Source: an uncultured Gammaproteobacteria bacterium (lineage in GTDB: Bacteria; Patescibacteriota; Patescibacteriia; UBA11705). From it: a stretch of 63,549 nucleotides of DNA. Both the position numbers and the translations under genes were made by a program. Positions 25,825-34,624 of the stretch are shown in pieces. Below the pieces are notes generated by a model. The model was not told the origin of the DNA, did not search any database, and saw only the letters and a program-made list of their open reading frames with translations. Where the stretch lies: positions 246,149-309,697 of the forward strand of contig CAYPSS010000001.1 in assembly GCA_964413735.1 (NCBI GenBank), written 5' to 3'. Every line of letters begins with the position of its first letter. Within the stretch, counting starts at the first letter, position 1.

Positions 25825-27108
25825 TTGTTTAAGCCTGATAACATCAGGTTTTTTTATTTTCCGCGTTTGTTTTTGATAATTAATCGCAAAGCGATGTGCT
25901 TCATCGCGTACTTGAATCAAAAGAGTTTTATTTTTTTCAATAAAATGTTGAATGGTTCTGGTGGAAACATGAAATTCATTTTTTTTGCGTTTTATTCCTT
26001 TGGCAATGCCAATTACTGGGCGATCAACATTTTTTTCTTTTAGTAAAGCAATAATTTTATTGATTTGTGGTTTACCGCCGTCAATTAGAAAATAGTCGGG
26101 AAGAGGCCAGTCATGATGTTTTAGTCGTCGTTCAATAACTTGAGCCAAAGCATCAACATCGCTTGGTTTGTTAAAATTGCGTACTTTAAATTTACGATAA
26201 TCTTTTTTAATCGGACCATTTTGATCGAAAACCACCATCGATCCAACAATGTTAGTGGTCCCAAGATTGGAAATATCATAACCTTCAATTCGGATCATCT
26301 TTGTGGTTTTCGATCCGCTTCGCCCGCGAAGTGAGGCGAGCAAGCCCGAACCGACATTATCGAAAAATGATTTATCGATTAAGGATAAGTCGTGGATTTT
26401 TTTCAGATTGTTTATTTGATCGCGTAGTTGTCCGGCTTCCTCAAAGAAGTTATTTTTTGATTTTTCCTTCATTAATTTGTTTAAGTCGGATATAACTTGT
26501 TTTTTTCGACCGGACAAAAATAAGGTGAGTGGTTTAATTACGCGGCGTTGGTATTCTATGGAAGAAATTTCACCGGTACAAACACCATCGCATTGTCGCA
26601 TTTGATAATACATACATGGTCGGCCAATATTAGGTTTGCAGGTGGAATAATGAAAAAGCCGGCGTAATATTTTTAATATTTCCGTGGTGCGAAGTTGGGG
26701 AAATGGGCCAAAGGCTTTGGCAAAACGTTTTTTTTGTTCCGCGACTGATAATTGTTGCCAGTCGTGCATGCGGATAGTTTGCAGTTGCGGATAATCTTCT
26801 TTGGTGAGCACCAAATAATTCCAACTTTTATCATCCTTGCCAATGACATTGTATTTGGGTTGGTGTTTTTTAATTTCCAGGGCTTCTAAAATAATAGCTT
26901 CTAAGACTGACTTCGTAGTCCGCCACTTAATATCATGTACTTGTTCAATTAATTCTTCGATCGGACGAAAGGTTTTTTGTCCATGAAAATAACTGCGTAC
27001 GCGTGATTTGAGCGCAGTGGCTTTGCCAATATAAATAATGTCCTTGGTTTGATTAAGGAAATAGTAAACTCCAGGTTTAGCGGGTATTTTTTTTAATATT
27101 GATTGCAT
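25810..27108 (-). CDS. uvrC: Excinuclease ABC subunit C (no C-terminal HhH domain)
   Basis: GIY-YIG (PGVYYF..IIYIGKA), UVR domain, RIEGYDISN, FLIDGGKPQ, VRDEAHRFA. Confidence 0.9.
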   Translation of the reverse strand: MQSILKKIPAKPGVYYFLNQTKDIIYIGKATALKSRVRSYFHGQKTFRPIEELIEQVHDIKWRTTKSVLEAIILEALEIKKHQPKYNVIGKDDKSWNYLVLTKEDYPQLQTIRMHDWQQLSVAEQKKRFAKAFGPFPQLRTTEILKILRRLFHYSTCKPNIGRPCMYYQMRQCDGVCTGEISSIEYQRRVIKPLTLFLSGRKKQVISDLNKLMKEKSKNNFFEEAGQLRDQINNLKKIHDLSLIDKSFFDNVGSGLLASLRGRSGSKTTKMIRIEGYDISNLGTTNIVGSMVVFDQNGPIKKDYRKFKVRNFNKPSDVDALAQVIERRLKHHDWPLPDYFLIDGGKPQINKIIALLKEKNVDRPVIGIAKGIKRKKNEFHVSTRTIQHFIEKNKTLLIQVRDEAHRFAINYQKQTRKIKKPDVIRLKQLKQF

Positions 27109-27185
27109 AATATTAATATAACATGAAATTGACAGCTGTTTAATTACTTGTTAAATTTTAAGTGTTCTTTTCAATGAGGTCAAGC

Positions 27186-27536
27186 ATGTCTGACGCTGAA
27201 AATTTTGATGATGTTCTTGGAACTAAACCGCGACCAACCGTTGTTCCTGATTTTAAATGTCGAGTTTGTGGTTATCATTATTATCGTCCGATTTATCAAG
27301 CGATTGAACCAATAGTTTGTGGCCGTAATAAATGGCGATTGATTGATTATGAGTGTTGTGATTGTAAAACTCGTTTTAGTAATCCACGAAGCTTTTCTTT
27401 AGTTAAGAAAGCTTATAGCAATCCATTTTTAGTTGAGGTTGGTGGTCGGCCGGTCAATGATTCAGTGGCACGAGATTTCTTGCAACGGCAAGCATATCTT
27501 TTGCAGAAAAGTCTTATGCCTCGAAGAAAGCGTTGA
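27186..27536 (+). CDS. Zinc-ribbon protein (paralog A)
   Basis: CRVCG...CCDC; GAGGT RBS before ATG 27186. Confidence 0.75.
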   Translation: MSDAENFDDVLGTKPRPTVVPDFKCRVCGYHYYRPIYQAIEPIVCGRNKWRLIDYECCDCKTRFSNPRSFSLVKKAYSNPFLVEVGGRPVNDSVARDFLQRQAYLLQKSLMPRRKR

Positions 27537-27672
27537 ATAATGATTTGTCAATCAAATCTACTTGCCAGCCACGACTGGTATTTTTTATTTGCAGTTTTTA
27601 TTGCTGATAAAAAATTGACAAAGAAACTATTAATTGTTAAATTGAAAGCGTTCTTTCCAAATGAGGGTAGTA

Positions 27673-28071
27673 ATGGCTGACTCAACAGATTTTGATGCTT
27701 TGTTTGGTGAAAAACCAAAGGGGATTGAATTTCCTGATTTCCGTTGTCGTGTTTGCGGTCATGATAAATACTTTCCGATTCATGAAGTAGTGGGACCAGT
27801 GGTCTTGGGGCGTAATACTTGGAAAGTTTCTGGTTATGAGTGTTGTAAATGTAGTTCTCGATTTGCTGATCCGCGAAAATTCAGTTGGCCAGTTGAAGGT
27901 CAACATGATTCCGGAGATGAGTCAGTAGTTGATATTTTGGTCGATGGTGAGTTTGATCCGAAGGAGCATGATCAAATTGCTCAGGAAATTAAAGCTTCTC
28001 CATCGGGAAATTTGCGCGAGCGTTTGGGGCGAGCTAAACCAAAGTTAGGGAAAACAGAAATTGAAGATTAA
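27673..28071 (+). CDS. Zinc-ribbon protein (paralog B)
   Basis: CRVCG...CCKC; GAGGG RBS before ATG 27673; terminator 28083-28103. Confidence 0.75.
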   Translation: MADSTDFDALFGEKPKGIEFPDFRCRVCGHDKYFPIHEVVGPVVLGRNTWKVSGYECCKCSSRFADPRKFSWPVEGQHDSGDESVVDILVDGEFDPKEHDQIAQEIKASPSGNLRERLGRAKPKLGKTEIED

Positions 28072-28208
28072 TGAAAACTTTTAATACCAGAAAATCTGGT
28101 ATTTTTTATTTCAGGCAATTATTTCAACATTTGAGAAAATCGCACATGATTGACTTTTATTGTAATTAATTATAATATGGCAATGCTCTAGTCTTTGTGG
28201 GGGTCAGA

Positions 28209-28754
28209 ATGAAAAGAAGTATCAGTTTGGTTTTGTTGGTGGGAGTGATTGTTCTTTTATTGCCTTTTTCATCACAAGCTTGGTTGAATGCGGAAGGGGA
28301 TTTGCTGGATTGGCAGGATTCGAGTCATGAATGCTGGCCGGATCATATTCAAAATAGCATTGTTGACTTTGATTTTTGGTTGAATAATGTTTATTCTCCG
28401 TATGCTCGAAAGTTGGCGGTTGGCAAGTTTGTTGATTTTGAATGGACGCCGGATGGTTGGGCGGATACTTGTGGAGAAAATTGTTACTGGTTATTTGTGG
28501 CTGATGCTGATGGAGTTTTGTCTTTCTATGTCTCGAGTGGTGATAATCAACCGCTTCCTCCTGGTCGAACCATTTATACTACGCCGACCTTGAATCATTT
28601 TGAGCTTTTCCAAGGAATGGTGGTGACGGATATTAATTTTCGGCAATTTTTTTTCTTGGGATTTGAATCAGATCAAGCATTAGTGCAAGAGTTGGTAGAT
28701 ATTTTGAATGTTCAAATGCCTTTTGTTCGTTTGGAAACCGTTTATATTTTTTAG
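28209..28754 (+). CDS. Hypothetical secreted protein
   Basis: Signal peptide MKRSISLVLLVGVIVLLLPFSSQA; terminator 28761-28781. Confidence 0.72.
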   Translation: MKRSISLVLLVGVIVLLLPFSSQAWLNAEGDLLDWQDSSHECWPDHIQNSIVDFDFWLNNVYSPYARKLAVGKFVDFEWTPDGWADTCGENCYWLFVADADGVLSFYVSSGDNQPLPPGRTIYTTPTLNHFELFQGMVVTDINFRQFFFLGFESDQALVQELVDILNVQMPFVRLETVYIF

Positions 28755-28783
28755 TGGAATAATACCAGAAAATCTGGTATTTT

Positions 28784-31366
28784 TTATTTTAAATAACGGC
28801 GTAAATATTTTCCTGTTTCACTGAATCCATTGCGGGCAATATCAGCCGGTGTGCCAATGGCGACAACTTGCCCACCTTCTTGGCCACCGCCCGGCCCCAA
28901 GTCAATAATCCAATCCGCACATTTAATGACATCCAAATTATGTTCAATCACCATTACCGTATTGCCTTGAGAAGTTAATTGTTGGAGAACATCAATTAAT
29001 TTTTTCACATCTTCATAATGCAAGCCGGTAGTTGGCTCATCAAGCAAATATAAAGTTTTAGTGGTGCCGCGTTTGGCCAGTTCTTTGCTCAGTTTGGTGC
29101 GTTGGGCTTCACCACCTGAGAGTGTTTTGGCTGATTGTCCCAAAGTTAAATAATCCAACCCAACATTATTCAAGATTTTTAATTTTTCATAAATAAACGG
29201 AATGTCGCGAAAAAAAATTTCCGCTTCGGCAATGGTCATGTTTAATACATCGGCAATATTTTTATTTTTGTAATGAACTTGCAAGGTTTCTTTGTTAAAT
29301 CTTTTGCCTTTGCAAATTTCACATTGCACCTCTACGCTTGGAAGAAAATGCATTTCAATTTCCAAGGAACCGCGCCCCTCGCAATGTTCACAGCGTCCAC
29401 CGGCGCGATTAAAACTAAAACGACCGGGACGATAACCGCGAATGCGCGCTTCCGGTGTACTGGCAAAAAGTTCACGAATATAACTCCAAACACCGGTATA
29501 GGTGGCCGGATTGGAACGCGGGGTGCGACCAATTGGATTTTGATCGATTTTAATCACTTTATCCAAATATTCCAGTCCTTTTATTTCCCGATGCGTTCCA
29601 ACTGGTCGGCGTAAACGGAATAATTTATTTTTTAGTGCTTGATACAAAATATCATGCATTAAAGTTGATTTTCCTGACCCCGATACTCCAGTTAAACAAA
29701 CTAGGCGCTTCAAAGGAATTTCCACATTAATATTTTTTAAGTTATGTTCTTTGGCGCCTAAAATTTTCAATTTCAAAGTTTTGTCTGTGACACTACGAGT
29801 TTCTTTTGGCAGAGGAATTCTGATTTCATTTCGTAAATATTTGCCGGTCAAAGAATTTTTCGGATCGCCAATGATTTGAGTGGTGATTGATTTTTCGGAA
29901 TTATTTTTCTTAGGATTTAATAAATAATCAAGTGGTCCGGAATAAACTACTTGACCCCCGTTAACACCAGCGCCCGGACCAATATCCACGATCCAATCAC
30001 TGGTTAAAATTGTGTCTTCATCATGTTCCACCACAATGATGGTGTTACCAATATCACATAGATTGCGCAAGGTATTAACCAGTTGCTCATTGTCTTTTTG
30101 ATGTAGTCCAATCGTGGGTTCATCGAGAATATACATCGCGCCAACTAATCTTTGACCAATTTGTGAGGCCAAACGAATACGTTGTGCTTCACCACCGGAA
30201 AGAGTGCCTGATTTGCGATTTAAAGTTAAATAATGCAAACCAACATCAAACATAAAATTCAAACGATTGCGAATTTCGTTGATAATCACATCGGCAATTT
30301 CATGTTGTTGAGCGTTTAGATGATTTTGAAGATTTTCAAAAAATTCACGACTTTGTTTAACTGTTAGGGCGGTTAATTCCCAGATGTTTTTATTGTTGAT
30401 TTTTACACTTAGAGCATTTTTGTTTAATCGTTTTCCTTCACAAACCGGACAAACTTCATCACTAAATAGATCTTTGGTTCCCAGCCCCGTACATTGTTCA
30501 CAATATCCATAAGGACTGTTAAAACTGAATAAGCGCGGTTCAATTTCCGGAAAACTAAAACCATCGATTGGGCAAGAGTATTCAGTGCTAAAAGTTTTTT
30601 CTTCTCCATCGGGTAAAATCGTTGTACATAAACCATTGGCCAAATCAATGGCTTTTTCAATGGCTTCGGCCAAGCGCATTTCACTGCCTTTTTTCATCCC
30701 TTCCACTTGAAACTCTTCCAAACGATATTTATCAATGACAATTTCGATAGTGTGTTTTTTGTGTCGTGCCAAATCAATTCGATTTTGTAATTTATAAAAT
30801 TTCCCATCAATGCGCGCTTCCAAAAATCCGGAATTGTAAATATCATAAAGCATTTGGTAATATTCGCCCTTGCGACCACGAACCATGGGGGATAAAATAA
30901 TAATTTCATTGTTTGGTTGGTTCTGGTTTTTGTTGATTTCTTGTAAAATAAAATCGGTCATCTCTTGGCTGGTAGACTTTTCCAGTTTGGTGCCATCCTT
31001 TGGACAATGTGGGGTACCGATTTTAGCAAACAAGACGCGCAAATAGTCGTAAATTTCCGTAATGGTGGCAACCGTTGATCGTGGATTGGAGCTATGTGCT
31101 TTTTGATCAATGGAAATAGCGGGCGATAATCCGGAAATTTCGTCCACATTGGGTTTTTGCAGTCCGCCCAAAAATTGTCGGGCGTAAGCCGATAAACTTT
31201 CCAAATATCGTCTTTGGCCTTCGGCAAAAATCGTGTCAAAAGCCAAGCTCGATTTGCCTGAACCTGATAGTCCGGTGAAGACAATCATTTTGTTTCTTGG
31301 CAATTCCAAATCAATATTTTTCAAGTTATGTTCTCGCGCACCTTTGATAATAATTTTATCTTGCAT
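28784..31366 (-). CDS. uvrA: Excinuclease ABC subunit A (860 aa, insertion domain largely deleted)
   Basis: GAREHNLK, two Walker A motifs (GLSGSGKS, GVSGSGKS), LSGGEAQR twice, LDEPT twice. Confidence 0.97.
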   Translation of the reverse strand: MQDKIIIKGAREHNLKNIDLELPRNKMIVFTGLSGSGKSSLAFDTIFAEGQRRYLESLSAYARQFLGGLQKPNVDEISGLSPAISIDQKAHSSNPRSTVATITEIYDYLRVLFAKIGTPHCPKDGTKLEKSTSQEMTDFILQEINKNQNQPNNEIIILSPMVRGRKGEYYQMLYDIYNSGFLEARIDGKFYKLQNRIDLARHKKHTIEIVIDKYRLEEFQVEGMKKGSEMRLAEAIEKAIDLANGLCTTILPDGEEKTFSTEYSCPIDGFSFPEIEPRLFSFNSPYGYCEQCTGLGTKDLFSDEVCPVCEGKRLNKNALSVKINNKNIWELTALTVKQSREFFENLQNHLNAQQHEIADVIINEIRNRLNFMFDVGLHYLTLNRKSGTLSGGEAQRIRLASQIGQRLVGAMYILDEPTIGLHQKDNEQLVNTLRNLCDIGNTIIVVEHDEDTILTSDWIVDIGPGAGVNGGQVVYSGPLDYLLNPKKNNSEKSITTQIIGDPKNSLTGKYLRNEIRIPLPKETRSVTDKTLKLKILGAKEHNLKNINVEIPLKRLVCLTGVSGSGKSTLMHDILYQALKNKLFRLRRPVGTHREIKGLEYLDKVIKIDQNPIGRTPRSNPATYTGVWSYIRELFASTPEARIRGYRPGRFSFNRAGGRCEHCEGRGSLEIEMHFLPSVEVQCEICKGKRFNKETLQVHYKNKNIADVLNMTIAEAEIFFRDIPFIYEKLKILNNVGLDYLTLGQSAKTLSGGEAQRTKLSKELAKRGTTKTLYLLDEPTTGLHYEDVKKLIDVLQQLTSQGNTVMVIEHNLDVIKCADWIIDLGPGGGQEGGQVVAIGTPADIARNGFSETGKYLRRYLK

Positions 31367-31696
31367 ATTTCGAATTGTTATTTTATTAGTTATAAATTAC
31401 GAATTATCTTTTTTGTATGGATGATTGATGAAAAGTAATCATTAAAATATGAAATCCATTATACGTAATACGTTATACAAATTATATTTTAGAATTTAAT
31501 TTTTATAATTAATCGTTTCTTTTACTCTTTATAAGCCAAAATGCCCGCCTAAAGCTTTTTATTAGGGGGGTAGTAAAGGGGTTAATTGTCTGATCAGCAT
31601 AACATGGAGTTTTAAAAATGTAAATGGCCCTAATCTTGACATTTATGAAAACATGGGATAAAATATTTATTTGTATTCCTTAAACAGGAGAAGCAA

Positions 31697-32017
31697 ATGC
31701 TTGGTTCTTCGAAAAATACATTGAAAGATGAAATGACGGTTGAATATGTTAATCCTTTTTCGCACAAGGTGGGTGAATTTTTCTTTGTCTTGGTTTCCAC
31801 GTCAGTGTTGTTTTTCATGTTGCTGTTTGGTGTGCCTCAGATCGGTTTGCCGGTTTTGATTGTTGGTATTTTGTTGTATTTGGTCCCGGGTTTTTTGAGT
31901 AATTGGACTTTTTCACCAATCACTTTTCTGCTCATTTATTTGGGAGTTATTTGGTTAGTGACAATGGGGTATGTCTTTTGGCGTTGGTATCATTATGGTA
32001 AGGGGCCTTGTTTGTAA
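31697..32017 (+). CDS. Hypothetical membrane protein
   Basis: TTGACA promoter, CAGGAG RBS, 3 TM segments, terminator 32023-32049. Confidence 0.72.
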   Translation: MLGSSKNTLKDEMTVEYVNPFSHKVGEFFFVLVSTSVLFFMLLFGVPQIGLPVLIVGILLYLVPGFLSNWTFSPITFLLIYLGVIWLVTMGYVFWRWYHYGKGPCL

Positions 32018-32087
32018 AAAATAAAATCGTTGTTAATGACAACGATTTTTTGTATAAAAAAATCACCATATTATGGTGATTGCATTA

Positions 32088-32543
32088 TTAGGCTTTTTGC
32101 GCTAAACGCAGGAAAATCAGAAAAACTTTTTCCGGCAAGTCCCAACCATGTAAAAAATGGAAGAACTGGGCACGCAATGAACGCGGAATGAATTCAATAT
32201 CAACTTCGTTGTCTTGTTCGTTGAGTAGCATGAAGTTTAATTCATGATTGACACAAAGTGAATAGCGGGTACTTTTTCTCGGAGATGGGTCATTGAAACA
32301 AACCAATTCCACATAGCTACGATTTCTGGTTCCTTGTTTTTGCCATAATTCCTTCCAGAGGATATCAAATTCCGGACATTCGCTCAATAATGTTCCCAGA
32401 ATTATCGATGCTTTGACTTTGACATTGTCAAAATTCAAGAAAACATTGGATTTGGGTAAAAGTGTTTCTGGCGGTTGATTTTCATTTTTTACCATAAATC
32501 TCATTCGCGTAAAAACTTCAGACAAAGTAATATTACGACACAT
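32088..32543 (-). CDS. Hypothetical protein
   Basis: AGGAGA RBS; directly follows the Cof gene; terminator 32061-32081. Confidence 0.65.
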   Translation of the reverse strand: MCRNITLSEVFTRMRFMVKNENQPPETLLPKSNVFLNFDNVKVKASIILGTLLSECPEFDILWKELWQKQGTRNRSYVELVCFNDPSPRKSTRYSLCVNHELNFMLLNEQDNEVDIEFIPRSLRAQFFHFLHGWDLPEKVFLIFLRLAQKA

Positions 32544-32552
32544 TTTCTCTCC

Positions 32553-33365
32553 TTACTTGGTTAGTGATCTTAATTTGTCTGCCACTTCAAAGGGAGTAAT
32601 GATTTGATCGGCTAATTGCTGAACTCGGGGTGATTCGTCTTCATTATTGAGTACCGCAATTTTCAGGCCAACGGGCAATTCAAACATTTCCAGATCATTG
32701 TCCCCATGACCGAAAACCGCCACGTCACTAAGAGATATCCTCAAATCTGACGCTAATTGAACAATGCCTGAGCCTTTGTTAACTCGCGGTGTGACAACAT
32801 CATAAAGACGAGTATGTCGAAAAATAGTTGAATAAAACTTCATTCCATCTTCAAATTGCAATTGATTGAGTGCATGCCTCATGATAATGTAAATTCTGCA
32901 CATTTGATATCCAAATAACCAAACACCAAACTGATCTAGATCACTGGTATATTGATAGTGAATGTTTGGATTTTTGGCAGGTAAATATTTACGGCGCTCT
33001 TGATCATCGGTGAAAAAGTGAAAGACAAAATTCGGGTTTTCGATCGGTGAAAAACCAATTACAGCGATACAGGGATTTTTTGCTATGCTCAAAATGAATC
33101 GTTTGATTTCACCGGTTATCGGATTAGAGAATTTGATTTGTCCGGTATCGGTTACAATTAATCCACCATTTTCCAAAATCAGTGGCCCGGAAAAAGATTC
33201 ACTGTGTAAATATCGTTCAACATGAATTAAACTGCGACCGGTGGCTACGGTGGTCAAAATGCCTCGACGGCGTAAATCTTTGAAAGCCAGAAAGTTTTGA
33301 TAATCCGGTAGCAAAAGACCTTCGATTACTCCATCAATATCACTCACTACTAATTTTATTCCCAT
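32553..33365 (-). CDS. Cof-type HAD-IIB hydrolase
   Basis: VSDIDG, VATGRS, ILENGG, VNKGSG, VFGHGDNDLEM. Confidence 0.88.
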   Translation of the reverse strand: MGIKLVVSDIDGVIEGLLLPDYQNFLAFKDLRRRGILTTVATGRSLIHVERYLHSESFSGPLILENGGLIVTDTGQIKFSNPITGEIKRFILSIAKNPCIAVIGFSPIENPNFVFHFFTDDQERRKYLPAKNPNIHYQYTSDLDQFGVWLFGYQMCRIYIIMRHALNQLQFEDGMKFYSTIFRHTRLYDVVTPRVNKGSGIVQLASDLRISLSDVAVFGHGDNDLEMFELPVGLKIAVLNNEDESPRVQQLADQIITPFEVADKLRSLTK

Positions 33366-33459
33366 TTTCACTCCTTATGTTTTAAGGAACCGCCATAATA
33401 GTAATATTTTTTTTTAATTTCGTCAATGAAAAAGACTTGCGGTGCGCAAGTCTGATTGG

Positions 33460-34518
33460 TTAATTGATTTTAGGGTCTTCAATATTGAATTCTTCAAAGC
33501 GGCCTTTAATAAAGGGTAAAATTTCATAAGCACCATACAATTTGATACTTTCGTCGTTTAATTCACAAGTTCGGTATAAGTGCATAACTTCAGAATCAGT
33601 CATTAGACAAAGGAAAAGCAGAGCTAATTCATCATCTTTGAAATATTGCCAAAGGAGTTCAGAAACTATACGGAGAATTATGGGGGCATTTTTTTGATTG
33701 CACTTGTCGTAAATCGTATACATTAAACGTTTTAAGATTGCAAACTGCTGAGCGGTTTCCGAAGTTTTGAAAAGCACTTTATTTGCTTTAGCTGATTCTT
33801 CGCATAAAGCATTTACACAAGTGGCGATTCGTTCGCGTTGCGTTGCCCCGAAAAACTTTAATAATTCATTGATTCCCGGATAACTTTCAATTGATAGTTT
33901 CTGCCAGCGCTCAAAGATATCATTAATATCAGCAAAAACATAAGCGATTTTATCTGCATACATAACCAGATTCGCTTCCATCGGAGTACCATCAAAAACA
34001 ATATCTAAATCTCCGGCCCCGCGTGAATGCAGCAAAATACCTTGTAATACTTGTCTGGTTAAATTTAATCCTTTTCCTTGTCTCTCAATCATTTGACAAA
34101 TAACAACACCAAATTTTTCATGCCGAAAATCAATACCATGACTTTCGCTGATGAAATTTTCTCCCGCATGACCAAAGGGAACGTGTCCTAAGTCATGTCC
34201 CAAAGCCATGGCAAAAGCCAGATCAGTATTTAATCCCAAATTTTCTGCTATTGCACATGCAACATTAGCTACTTCCAAGGTGTGTGTTAGGCGATTACGA
34301 ATATGCATATTCAAAAATCCGGTAAAAACTTGGGTTTTGTTTTCCAGTCGCCGAACAGCTTTACTGGGCATAATTTTATGAACAGCATCAACGAAAAATG
34401 GACGCTGATTGATTGGCGTAAGGGATTCATCAATATCCGATTCAATATACGTTCGTTTTGCTTCTTCATCGGGGAAAGCAAATTCTTTCAAAGCTTGAAA
34501 ATATGAAGGTTTACTCAT
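33460..34518 (-). CDS. HD-domain dNTP triphosphohydrolase (Dgt-like)
   Basis: RRLENKTQVF, RNRLTHTLEV, GHDLGHVPFGHAGE, YADKIAY; GGAGG before ATG 34518. Confidence 0.85.
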   Translation of the reverse strand: MSKPSYFQALKEFAFPDEEAKRTYIESDIDESLTPINQRPFFVDAVHKIMPSKAVRRLENKTQVFTGFLNMHIRNRLTHTLEVANVACAIAENLGLNTDLAFAMALGHDLGHVPFGHAGENFISESHGIDFRHEKFGVVICQMIERQGKGLNLTRQVLQGILLHSRGAGDLDIVFDGTPMEANLVMYADKIAYVFADINDIFERWQKLSIESYPGINELLKFFGATQRERIATCVNALCEESAKANKVLFKTSETAQQFAILKRLMYTIYDKCNQKNAPIILRIVSELLWQYFKDDELALLFLCLMTDSEVMHLYRTCELNDESIKLYGAYEILPFIKGRFEEFNIEDPKIN

Positions 34519-34624
34519 TTTTCCTCCTTGGTTGATAAAGAACAATGTGTTCTAAGGTTAATAAAAAAATTAAATTTTGTCAAAATAAAAAACATTTGTT
34601 AAACGCAAATGTTTTTATTGTAAA

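Noticed and set aside
31519-31580. Stem-loop ctttact...agtaaag between uvrA and the 31697 cassette as a riboswitch
   Set aside because: No recognisable aptamer motif, no clear promoter or terminator pairing, and weak imperfect stems.
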